Part shown: in pieces, positions 45,997 through 55,265 of the stretch
How the letters are laid out: each line of letters begins with the position of its first letter
Numbering within the stretch: position 1 is the stretch's first letter
Assembly (NCBI GenBank): GCA_934725015.1
Contig: CAKVAS010000005.1
Location: 123,088 to 187,087 of the forward strand
Direction: 5' to 3'
Length of the DNA stretch: 64,000 bases
Source: an uncultured Bacteroidales bacterium
GTDB lineage: Bacteria > Bacteroidota > Bacteroidia > Bacteroidales > UBA932
Translations under genes and position numbers: made by a program
The notes under the pieces: model-generated
The model's database searches: none
What the model was told of the DNA's origin: nothing
The model's input: only the letters and a program-made list of their open reading frames with translations

Positions 45997-47358
45997 TCAC
46001 ATGGTGTTCAGGATTGGGGCAATCTCCTCAAGCGAGGTCTCCCCGGATTCATAAAGGGCCAGCGCGGATTCGCGGAGCGTCCGCACGCCTTTCTGAGACA
46101 GGATGCCGCTGACGTCGCGGGCATTTTCGCGGACGGCGTAGGACAGGGAATCGTCAATGCGGATGACCTCATAGATGGCCTTGCGGCCGAGGTAGCCGGT
46201 GTAGTGGCACTGCGGGCAGCCAACGGCCTTGCCGGAGGAGGACTTGCAGTGAGGACAGAGAAGCCGGACAAGCCGCTGCGCGACGCAGGCGACGAGGGTC
46301 TCTGAAATCAGGTAGGGATGGACACCCATGTCGGCGAGCCTCGTGATGCAGCCCCACGCGCTGTTCGTGTGCAGGGTGGAGAGCAGGAGGTGACCGGTCA
46401 GAGAGCTGCGGACTGCCATCTCGGCGGTCTCCTCGTCGCGGATTTCCCCAAGCATGATGATGTCCGGGTCCTGGCGCAGGAAAGTCCGCAGAGCCACCGG
46501 GAATGTCAGCCCGATTTCCTCCTTGAGCTGAACCTGGTTGATGCCGTCGAGGGTGTATTCAATCGGATCCTCGATGGTGAGGATGTTGTTGTCGCCCCGG
46601 TTCAGCCGCTCAAGCGTCGCATAGAGCGTCGTGCTCTTTCCCGAGCCGGTCGGACCGCTGATGAGCACAAGCCCGTGGGGACGGCCGACCGCGTCGAGAT
46701 AGTCCCGAAGCTGACGCTCGTCGAAGCCCAGTTCATCAAGGGAGATGTGCCGCCCGTCACGCGAGAGCAGGCGCAGGACTATCTTCTCCCCGTAAATCGT
46801 CGGCATCACCGATGTCCGGATGTCAAACTTGACGTCGCCACGCGAATACATTATCCTCCCGTCCTGCGGAAGCCTCTTCTCCGCGATGTCGAGGTTCGAC
46901 ATGATTTTGATCCGGTTCACGATGCCCGGATAGCGGTCGCGTCCGACGACATGGCGCTCAATCAGCTTCCCATCCACCCGGAAGCGCACCCGGCACCTGT
47001 GCTCCGAGGGTTCAAGGTGAATGTCGCTCGCACGCACACGGAATGCCTCCTCCACGAGTTCCCCGACAAAGTCCTGCCCGCCCAAGGCTTCACTCTCTGA
47101 ATGCTCCTGCACGCCGGTCTGCCGGTAGTTTGAGGACAGCAGCCTCGTCAGTTCGTCCGGAGCCACGGGATGCAGCGAGAGCCGCAGTCCATACACCGTC
47201 TCAACCTCCTCAACGACAGCGTCATAGGCCTTCCCCTCGTCGCAGTAGCACGCCACCTCTCCGTCAGATTCCCGTCCGAACGGGACAAGGCGGTAGTAAA
47301 AGGCCTCGTCACCGGTGAACAGCTGCAGGGCCTCAGTCGAAATCTTTTGTGGTTGCAT
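45997..47358 (-). CDS. type II/IV secretion assembly ATPase (GspE/PilB family)
   Basis: GspE-N-type N-terminal domain, Walker A GPTGSGKSTTLYA, Asp and His boxes, and the tetracysteine motif CPHC...CPQC. Confidence 0.92.
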   Translation of the reverse strand: MQPQKISTEALQLFTGDEAFYYRLVPFGRESDGEVACYCDEGKAYDAVVEEVETVYGLRLSLHPVAPDELTRLLSSNYRQTGVQEHSESEALGGQDFVGELVEEAFRVRASDIHLEPSEHRCRVRFRVDGKLIERHVVGRDRYPGIVNRIKIMSNLDIAEKRLPQDGRIMYSRGDVKFDIRTSVMPTIYGEKIVLRLLSRDGRHISLDELGFDERQLRDYLDAVGRPHGLVLISGPTGSGKSTTLYATLERLNRGDNNILTIEDPIEYTLDGINQVQLKEEIGLTFPVALRTFLRQDPDIIMLGEIRDEETAEMAVRSSLTGHLLLSTLHTNSAWGCITRLADMGVHPYLISETLVACVAQRLVRLLCPHCKSSSGKAVGCPQCHYTGYLGRKAIYEVIRIDDSLSYAVRENARDVSGILSQKGVRTLRESALALYESGETSLEEIAPILNTM

Positions 47359-47468
47359 AATTCTTAATATCGTTTAGGTCTTATATACCCCAGTGCACAG
47401 ATTAAAGCCATTATAACATAGATAATTATTAGCATCATCCATTCTTTCGACTTTCCTATCCAGAAACC

Positions 47469-48002
47469 CTACAGCGTGAACAATGCCGCGAATATCAACA
47501 AAAGGACAATTATCAAGGGAAGTGACCCCTCATCCTTACATTTTGAGGCATAATCCCCCTGCTCCAAACGCAATAGTATTCGTTCGGGAAATACCATGAC
47601 ACCGGGCCAATAGTTCCTCTTTTTCCAAGGAACAAATGGAGTCCAATAACAACGGCCGCCAACTTTCCAAACATTCCAGGACAAGGCTCCTTTCCAAAGC
47701 CAAAAGACTTGTCGCCTGTAATCTGAAGAAACCGGTGCAGTTGCATACAAAGTCCAAAAACCATCTCTTATCCCCACATACACAGAAGTATGAGAATACA
47801 ACACCACATCATCCGCCAGAATCTTTTCCAATGAAATATTTTCTTCGGCGGAATATCGGTGGCTATATACACAGATAATGTCACTATCCAATGCGTATTC
47901 ATCAATTGCCACGAACTGAAAATACTGACGTCTGTCATCCGGCCATCTTATTTCAAAGACATCTCCGGGAACCGGTTTTCTATGTTTCATTGTTTTTACC
48001 AT
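47469..48002 (-). CDS. hypothetical protein, AT-rich (candidate orphan immunity protein)
   Basis: 177 aa, no signal peptide. It is the second gene downstream of the Rhs2 tip and sits in a visibly AT-richer block. It has a hydrophobic C-terminal tail. Confidence 0.55.
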   Translation of the reverse strand: MVKTMKHRKPVPGDVFEIRWPDDRRQYFQFVAIDEYALDSDIICVYSHRYSAEENISLEKILADDVVLYSHTSVYVGIRDGFWTLYATAPVSSDYRRQVFWLWKGALSWNVWKVGGRCYWTPFVPWKKRNYWPGVMVFPERILLRLEQGDYASKCKDEGSLPLIIVLLLIFAALFTL

Positions 48003-48035
48003 TTTGTATGTAACACATTAGGAACAGGATGCTTA

Positions 48036-48974
48036 TTACATAAAAACAAAGAAAGGGTCATTGCAACAAAAGAATACGGCCTCAAAATTATCATAGCCAA
48101 GCGTATCATACAACCAGTCGAAAACCGGCTGACCGTCCCTTATTGACAGAACGATGTTTTCATACACATAGACGCCCTCCGTCGGAACGCTCGGAACGGC
48201 ATTCGCTTCGTCATCCTTTATTCTTCGAGGAATCTTGTCCGATATGTGATTGACATACATCATGTAGGCATCCCCATGCCATGACGAAACCAGCGGAGCG
48301 GAAAGTTCCAGCGGCAGTTCATGCCTTTTTATCCTAACGCCACGACGAGTTCTTTTGCAAGGTAACGCATTCATCAGCAGCATCCGATCATCTTTCTGCA
48401 TCCATATTCCCCAAACGCCCCTTATCACAAAGAAGTTCCATCCGTCGTGCAGCTTCATGAAACGGACAAGAGTCTTATATTCCGCCAGAGCATTTCGACG
48501 ATGCCCCTCCGGAGATATTGGAATGACACTGTTGATAAATGCATACTCAAATTCGTCATTATTCAGATTTTCATAATCCATTACCCATGGCCATTCATAG
48601 CCTGTACTATATTTTGTAAGGGGAAATTCCGTCACAAGCCGATTAAGTTTGCCTGACATGAGTACATGCCGATATAGCAAGATTCCGTTATCGATGACAG
48701 AGACTCGTCCTATCGAATCACGCTCCAACAATTCTGATAAAACCTTTGTTTTCCGTAACTTCTTCCAGTTAATGCATCTGACCGGCAATGCATATGCAAC
48801 CAAAGCCGTGTCTGAATCCGAGATATTCCCAACTTCGTCTTCATCAAACTGACCGCGAGAGCGGGCGAACTCAGCAGCATCCATAAATAAACGACCGCGA
48901 GACGGCAGGCTGTCACAGACATTGATTGTCAACATCTGCAACAACGCCAATAATATGTTAAGAGTTAATTCCAT
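48036..48974 (-). CDS. hypothetical protein, AT-rich (candidate cognate immunity protein of Rhs2)
   Basis: Starts 7 nt after the Rhs2 stop. 312 aa, no family recognised. Confidence 0.6.
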   Translation of the reverse strand: MELTLNILLALLQMLTINVCDSLPSRGRLFMDAAEFARSRGQFDEDEVGNISDSDTALVAYALPVRCINWKKLRKTKVLSELLERDSIGRVSVIDNGILLYRHVLMSGKLNRLVTEFPLTKYSTGYEWPWVMDYENLNNDEFEYAFINSVIPISPEGHRRNALAEYKTLVRFMKLHDGWNFFVIRGVWGIWMQKDDRMLLMNALPCKRTRRGVRIKRHELPLELSAPLVSSWHGDAYMMYVNHISDKIPRRIKDDEANAVPSVPTEGVYVYENIVLSIRDGQPVFDWLYDTLGYDNFEAVFFCCNDPFFVFM

Positions 48975-48980
48975 ATATCA

Positions 48981-51900
48981 TCAAAGCTTAAAAATGTTTA
49001 TGAGATTATACAAGTTATTAAAATTATACTTAATTCGCCCTCCTACTCCAGAAGGATTCATCAACCACATCTTTATACGAAAATTATCATAAATAACAAT
49101 TTTGCTGATTGCCGTCGAATGTCCCATTCCTTTCCATAATCTCATTTCATATATCATGACATGATTATTTTGCATTCTATCTGCAATTAAATCCGCATAT
49201 TCCAAAACCTTATCCATAGGCAACAATGACTCGTTCCTCTTCAATTCATAACTCGCAGACATCCCATTATTTCGATACATATCTCCCAATGTTTTATCAC
49301 ATAATTCTGCATTCGGATAATTCTGTCGCAATACAGCCACATCATCTGTCGAGCCATTGTAATATGTGTCGATTGAACGGAAGGTCTCATAACGGCAATC
49401 CAGTTCTCCCACCTGATTCATCTGTGGCAAATCTATTGACACACTGCGCACAATTCGCCCTCCGTGAAGAAAATTTCGTCCGTCCTTGACTGCGCTTATA
49501 CCACCAGCCAGACCAGTGCACAAACCTCCAGCCAAGCCTCCACCTATAGCTCCAAGAGCAGCTATTCCCAAAGACTTGCCAAAATTTTCACCACTTATCA
49601 GACTATTACCTAAACCATTTATAAAGCCACCTGCCGCGCCACTTGCAGCCCCTATCTTAAATCCAGTCGAAAAACACGAAAGTGCAGTTGCAGCATTTGA
49701 AGTGCCCCATAATCCTGCAGAGAATCCAGTGCCTGCAAGACTGGAACTAACACCGGCGCCGATGCCGGCACTAACCGCCCCTGCAAATGCGCCAACTGCA
49801 AAATATCCTAAACCTTTCCATGTAAATTCGCAACCATTGGCAAGCCAATTCACGATGCCACCAACAGCTGCACCGATTATCAGATGCCAGTATTCTCCAC
49901 TTGGGTCAGTGTAACTCAACGGATTGTTGAGGCCGTAGGAGTAGCGGTTGAAGGACTGGGTGAAGTCAGGAGCCTGCACATACGGGTCTGGCGAGAGGAA
50001 GCGGCAGAGGAGAGGGTCGTAGAGACGGGCGTTCATGTTGATGAGGCCGAACCACGGGAGGTGCTCGTGACCGGTGAAGCCCCGGCCGAGGTAGAGCGTC
50101 GGCTCTGTACCCGGAGCGTAAATCTCCTGCGTTTCAGGGTCGCGCAGCCGTCCCCACGGGTCGTAGCTGTACTCGGCGAGGAGCGTGCCGTCGGCCGTCA
50201 CGATGTGGGTGATGCTGCCGAGATAGTCCCTGCCTATGTTCAGAGGTGTCCAGCTGCCGGAGCCCTCGCGGACGAGAACCATCGGGGCGGAGTAGGCGTC
50301 GCCGCCGAGGTAGAGGCGTTCGGTCGATGCGCCGCCGGACCTGATGTCCTGCTCGTAGCGGCCGCCGATGTAGTAGCGCGTGAGTTCAGGCGAGACGCCC
50401 TCGGCGTAGAGCATCTTCACGCGGTCGCCGCTGCCGTTGTAGGTGAACGACGCGCTCTTTCCGCCCTCGACAAGGCGAGACGGACGGCCGTAGCAGGTGT
50501 AGCTGACGGTCTGCTCGCGGGACGGGACGAGGGAGTCGTCCTCCGGGGTGAGGGAGGTCACCTGATACGGGCGGTCAGAGTTGCCATAAGCCATCTCGCC
50601 TATGCCTCCGACTGAAGTGACATTGCCGGACGATGAGTAGCAGACTGTCCTGTCATCCATTTTTACAAGACGGTTCAGAGCGTCATAGTTGAACGATTCC
50701 GACAAATTGCGGGTGTTGTCCTTTCGGGAATCAAGGTTGCCGGAGAGAAGCCTGAAACTATATTCAAAGTCCATAACGCCGTCAATCTTCCGGGAAACCG
50801 GCATACCTGAACTGCTGTAGCCGTACTCCCTCGTGACCTCCCCGGTCGTAACACGCAGCGGCATCCCCAAGTCGTTCTCTTCCTCAAGACGCATAACAAC
50901 AGTTCCCTCCGAGAGAACAATGCCGATGCCATGTCCGTTTGAATAGAGGTAGTTCTCTGTCGCGATGTCACCCGACTGAGCCGTATATCTTATGCTGTTC
51001 ACGCGACTTCCCGCTCCATAAGCATAGTTCTTCAACAGCCACTTCCCATCCGGAACAGTTTCCTTTTCCGTCAGAACGCGGTCGTATCGGTCGTAGGTGT
51101 AGGTCTTGGAAGTTCCGTTAGTCGAGACTTCGGAAGCGAGCCGACCGTAACTGTCATAACTATATGAGGTCGAATACTCTCCGAGTCTGTCAGTCTTTGT
51201 GAGTCGCCCGAACTTGTCAAAATAAGACACAATCTGTCCGTTTGGATTCGTCTGCGTGCGCACCGACGTGCCGTCCGCATTCCATGCCGTCGTGTCGGTC
51301 TGCACTCCGGCGCTCGGGTCATCAATCCTAATACGCCGTCCATAACGGTCATAGCCGAATGTTGTTGTAACGCCTCCTGCCACCACAGACGACGGCTGGG
51401 CGTCATCGCGACGAATGTAGGTGATGGAACCACCCGGATCATCTACTTGCCAAACATTCCCGAGAGCATCATACTTCACAGTCTTGCTTATACCATTGCG
51501 CCACTCGGTGACGGTGTTTCCTGAATAGATGCGACGGGTTGTCTTGTCCGGAGTCGAGACTATCGTCGAACGTCCGTAATTATCATACGAATAGTATATC
51601 CATGCAGCAGGTCCCGGTCCCCTATACGGCATTGTTTCACGGGACAGCTGCCCCTTGGAATCATAGGCATAGTCCGTCTTCTGCCATTGCCCGTCAAAGC
51701 GGAGGTTTTCAGTATGGACTTTGCGACCAATTCCGTCATAATGTGTGACTGTCGTAGGGGCGACATTGGACGACTCCGTCACTGTGAGGATTCCTTGACC
51801 ACCCCATGCGAGTGTCCGTGTCGTAATTGCGCCGTCCGGGGTTTCTATACGAAGGACATTACCCAATGCGTCGTAAGAAATTCTTGTCGTGTCGCCGTGG

Positions 51901-54900
51901 TGGTTCACGATGTGCTCCGGCTTTCCGAAGCGGTTGTAGTCCGCATAGCGCGTCACCAGCCCGAGGGCATCGGTCTCGGAGGTCAGAAAATGTCCGTCAG
52001 AAGTGTAGGTCCGGCTGACGCCGACATACTCGGAGGCGCCAAAGTTAGCTGTGCGTTCCGACAGGACATTGCCGAAATCATCGTATTCATAACAAGTTTC
52101 TGAAACTGTCTTTGTCTGGTCAAATTCGTCATTGACAAAAACTGATGCCCCCGATGCCGTACCCGTTGGGCTTGCCGTTGTGAATTTTCCTACAGAACCA
52201 CGGCGCGATTTCTTATACACCAGCCTGCATCTGTCATCATATTCGTATTCCGTCTTCCATGAAATGTTACCAAGTGTCCTTGCGATTACATGAGGGTTGA
52301 TTCTTGAACCTATAGTATATTTTGCTGTCAGTTCCGCATCCGTGAGTCCCAAGACATATTTTTCTTTTGTCAGAGAATTGCTGTAGGAATATGTTGTTCG
52401 TTCACCTTTTGTCGTTCCTGTACCTATTCTCTTGACAATAACCTTCTTCACCGGTAAATCATAATCACCATAAGCAAGTTTCGTTGTAGTCATGACATTC
52501 GTCAAGCTGTCAGCGTGTTCCGACATTATCAGACGGGGATTCATTTTCCCATATTCCGTGCTGTTTGCATCATAAGTGTTCACGATTGTCTCGAACGGCG
52601 TGTCAGGAGAGCTGAGCAGGGCCTTCGAGGAACGGAGCGGAACACCTAGTTTCTCCGGGGCATTTTCCTGAACCGAAACCACCTCCGCGACTTTGTCCTC
52701 GCAGCGAACCTTGCCGAAGCCGCAGAATCCGAGGCCGCCGCTGCCGGAGACCGCATCATAGTAGGTGTATTCCGCATCCGCGACCCTGTGACCTGTTTTG
52801 TCCGGGTTGCCATAAGTCGTGGTTTTATGCAGGAGAGCAAGCGGGAAGGCAACTCGTGCGAACCCGTCCGCGCTCGAATATGAACGGTTGCCGTCATTGC
52901 CATATACAGCATCCGAGTCCATCAGGTTGGCATATTCATTTGTCTGGAGCACTCCGTAGCTGTCCTCCATCTCGGCGACAAGACGGTTCGCGCCACGGTT
53001 GTCTGAAAACTTGTAGCTCGTAATCGTATGCCCGTCAATGGTCATGAGGCCGCTTATTGCGTTATATCCGAGTATATTGTTGTAAATCACGCCTTTTGAG
53101 GACGGCATAGAGGCTGTGGAGAATATCGCGGATTCACTGTAGAAATTTCCGTTGTCGTTCAGATGGCACCGAAGTTTCTTTCCACGGAAGCACAGCATAT
53201 CAGAAAGCCCGTCACGGTTCACATCCATGAACATATATCCGTCTCCCGGACGGCGCTGCCCCAGATTGAGCACCGTTCGTTCAAATTTCTCACCCGTATA
53301 TGAATATATCGACCACTCCGACCCGCCGTCAATAATGCCGCCTACGGAACCGGGCGAGCCGGTGCCTGTGTTTCCTCCACTATAGTTCGGGTCAAGGTAG
53401 GTTTCTCCCGGAGGAACCACGATGTCGAGGTAGCCGTCGCCGTTCCAGTCGGCACAATAGTACGGTTTTCCGATTAAGGAGCCGTAGTTCAGGCCCTGGA
53501 CTGTCTTGTAAGGGTCCATCGTCACAAGTCCTGAAGAATACGCGGCAGTCGTACTGACACGGTGATAGACCGAATATCGGTACAGCGTTATACCTCCGTT
53601 GGGTTCAATATAGCATAACTCCGTTTTGCCGTCATTATCAAGGTCACAGGCAAACATTTGGGACAAAGCGACAAGGTCTATGTGAGAACGGTCCGTGCAT
53701 TTGCCGGTATTCAAATCAACGATTGCAGTCCTTGAAGTTCGCTGTACTCCACGGAAGTCCCTATTCAGAGACACGGCCACCATGTGGGCTCCGACCCCGT
53801 CAAATTTCCCGAACAGATAGGTTCGTTGGTAAGGACTTACCCAATAGTCATCATCCTCAGACTTGTCCCTTATCACGCCATAGGTTTTTATATCAAAGGA
53901 ACGGCTATCGAATCTTCTTGCCCCTGCATTATAGTCATATATTGTGATTCTCAGCTTTGTATAGTCTCCGTCTGTCCCGACAAAATTAACCTTTACAATC
54001 TCATCCACGCCATCGTCATCAACGTCCAATGTTTCAATCGCCTGGAAACCAGCCTCCACATCCATAATAATTTCCGTAGTACTGGATGACACATCCGGAA
54101 TTACAACTATCTTGTCGGTTGCATTATAGCCACTCCCATACTTATAGAAATAACTTTTCTTAAATGCAGACGAGGCTGCCATAGAGGCAATCTGCACATA
54201 ATTGCTCTTGTCCGGCAGAATAATCACCCCGTCCGAAGTCGCACCGCTGAGGAACCGTCCGCGCAAATATCTCAGGTCCCCGGCAGGGAGGATGCTTACA
54301 TTCCGAGTATGGGCGACATAGAAGTCCGGACTGTCCGCAGGCTGCTCCTGATAGTGGAAGCGAAGAGGACGAAGGCCGGTCTCCCCCATCCGGCATCCGA
54401 TTGAAGCGAGCAGGTTTGCACCGAAGCGCGACTCGTGCGTCAGGGTGTATGTGTAGAGATTGTCGTCACCAGAGTTGGAGCGGACGGCTTTCAGAAGCTT
54501 GCGGCACTGGATTTTCTGACCTGCGTAGTACGAAATCGTCCCGGAATCGACACTCTCATAATCAAAGTATATCCTGCCGGTCGGTACTCCATACTTATCG
54601 TAGTTATAGAAAATGGTCGAGGGATAATAAATACCGGTTGGCTCCTGACAGTCGTAGAAGAAGTCTATGACCGTTCCGTTGATGTCCCTCATCTTCGTCA
54701 GGGGATATGAAATCCGGTTGGAAGAGTTCTGAGCATTGGACGGGAATCCATACACAGCCTTGGAACCGTTTGGATAGAGGACATCAAACCAGACAGTCTT
54801 GCCGTTTACCACATGAGGACAGACAAGGATGTGACCGCGTGCCGTCTCATACGGATAGTCCCCGGAAAGTTCCTCAATCGAGGATTTCACAATCGGCACG

Positions 54901-55265
54901 CCGTCAAGGGCGAACAGCGGACTTGTGTCCTCCAGACTCGCGGCGCTGACATGACCATGATAGTAGCTGTTGGCGTTAATCATTGTGATTGCCGACAGGC
55001 CGCCTACTGTCCAGCCGTGTCCGGCGATTCCGGTTCCCGACTGGCTGCTGTATTGCAGAGACAGGCTCGGAAGAAATGATCCGAAAGGCGTTGTCGCGAT
55101 GGGAACGGTGTAGGTGCGTGCCCCGGTCGGAGTAACATCCGCCGTATAGGGTATCTGCCCCACGGGATAAGACGAGAAGTCATCCGTGACGGGGGCGGCA
55201 AGGGCTGTCGTCGCGAGACTTGCCGCAATGAGGGATGCAAGTGTTTGAATTATATGATGTTTCAT
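48981..55265 (-). CDS. Rhs/YD-repeat polymorphic toxin 2, Tc-toxin BC-fusion-like (SpvB N-terminus, FG-GAP propeller, YD shell, Rhs core, Gly-zipper, papain-like tip)
   Basis: The real start is MKHHIIQTLASLIAASLATTALAAP at 55265 (codon 157 of the 2250-aa track ORF). SpvB-like YTVPIATTP...GIAGHGWTVGGLSAI. FG-GAP-type motifs DVDDDGVDEIV, DLDNDGKTELC, DWNGDGYLDIV and DVNRDGLSDML. The core ends at NNPLSYTDPSGE (about 49893) and a 303-aa tip follows. Confidence 0.92.
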   Translation of the reverse strand: MKHHIIQTLASLIAASLATTALAAPVTDDFSSYPVGQIPYTADVTPTGARTYTVPIATTPFGSFLPSLSLQYSSQSGTGIAGHGWTVGGLSAITMINANSYYHGHVSAASLEDTSPLFALDGVPIVKSSIEELSGDYPYETARGHILVCPHVVNGKTVWFDVLYPNGSKAVYGFPSNAQNSSNRISYPLTKMRDINGTVIDFFYDCQEPTGIYYPSTIFYNYDKYGVPTGRIYFDYESVDSGTISYYAGQKIQCRKLLKAVRSNSGDDNLYTYTLTHESRFGANLLASIGCRMGETGLRPLRFHYQEQPADSPDFYVAHTRNVSILPAGDLRYLRGRFLSGATSDGVIILPDKSNYVQIASMAASSAFKKSYFYKYGSGYNATDKIVVIPDVSSSTTEIIMDVEAGFQAIETLDVDDDGVDEIVKVNFVGTDGDYTKLRITIYDYNAGARRFDSRSFDIKTYGVIRDKSEDDDYWVSPYQRTYLFGKFDGVGAHMVAVSLNRDFRGVQRTSRTAIVDLNTGKCTDRSHIDLVALSQMFACDLDNDGKTELCYIEPNGGITLYRYSVYHRVSTTAAYSSGLVTMDPYKTVQGLNYGSLIGKPYYCADWNGDGYLDIVVPPGETYLDPNYSGGNTGTGSPGSVGGIIDGGSEWSIYSYTGEKFERTVLNLGQRRPGDGYMFMDVNRDGLSDMLCFRGKKLRCHLNDNGNFYSESAIFSTASMPSSKGVIYNNILGYNAISGLMTIDGHTITSYKFSDNRGANRLVAEMEDSYGVLQTNEYANLMDSDAVYGNDGNRSYSSADGFARVAFPLALLHKTTTYGNPDKTGHRVADAEYTYYDAVSGSGGLGFCGFGKVRCEDKVAEVVSVQENAPEKLGVPLRSSKALLSSPDTPFETIVNTYDANSTEYGKMNPRLIMSEHADSLTNVMTTTKLAYGDYDLPVKKVIVKRIGTGTTKGERTTYSYSNSLTKEKYVLGLTDAELTAKYTIGSRINPHVIARTLGNISWKTEYEYDDRCRLVYKKSRRGSVGKFTTASPTGTASGASVFVNDEFDQTKTVSETCYEYDDFGNVLSERTANFGASEYVGVSRTYTSDGHFLTSETDALGLVTRYADYNRFGKPEHIVNHHGDTTRISYDALGNVLRIETPDGAITTRTLAWGGQGILTVTESSNVAPTTVTHYDGIGRKVHTENLRFDGQWQKTDYAYDSKGQLSRETMPYRGPGPAAWIYYSYDNYGRSTIVSTPDKTTRRIYSGNTVTEWRNGISKTVKYDALGNVWQVDDPGGSITYIRRDDAQPSSVVAGGVTTTFGYDRYGRRIRIDDPSAGVQTDTTAWNADGTSVRTQTNPNGQIVSYFDKFGRLTKTDRLGEYSTSYSYDSYGRLASEVSTNGTSKTYTYDRYDRVLTEKETVPDGKWLLKNYAYGAGSRVNSIRYTAQSGDIATENYLYSNGHGIGIVLSEGTVVMRLEEENDLGMPLRVTTGEVTREYGYSSSGMPVSRKIDGVMDFEYSFRLLSGNLDSRKDNTRNLSESFNYDALNRLVKMDDRTVCYSSSGNVTSVGGIGEMAYGNSDRPYQVTSLTPEDDSLVPSREQTVSYTCYGRPSRLVEGGKSASFTYNGSGDRVKMLYAEGVSPELTRYYIGGRYEQDIRSGGASTERLYLGGDAYSAPMVLVREGSGSWTPLNIGRDYLGSITHIVTADGTLLAEYSYDPWGRLRDPETQEIYAPGTEPTLYLGRGFTGHEHLPWFGLINMNARLYDPLLCRFLSPDPYVQAPDFTQSFNRYSYGLNNPLSYTDPSGEYWHLIIGAAVGGIVNWLANGCEFTWKGLGYFAVGAFAGAVSAGIGAGVSSSLAGTGFSAGLWGTSNAATALSCFSTGFKIGAASGAAGGFINGLGNSLISGENFGKSLGIAALGAIGGGLAGGLCTGLAGGISAVKDGRNFLHGGRIVRSVSIDLPQMNQVGELDCRYETFRSIDTYYNGSTDDVAVLRQNYPNAELCDKTLGDMYRNNGMSASYELKRNESLLPMDKVLEYADLIADRMQNNHVMIYEMRLWKGMGHSTAISKIVIYDNFRIKMWLMNPSGVGGRIKYNFNNLYNLINIFKL
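49990..50459. repeat. roughly 470-bp tract with no differences found by eye from 58872-59341 (Rhs core-encoding region)
   Basis: Base-by-base reading with a constant offset of 8882. Flanks remain highly similar over about 49905-50575, then fall to clearly diverged sequence. Confidence 0.85.
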
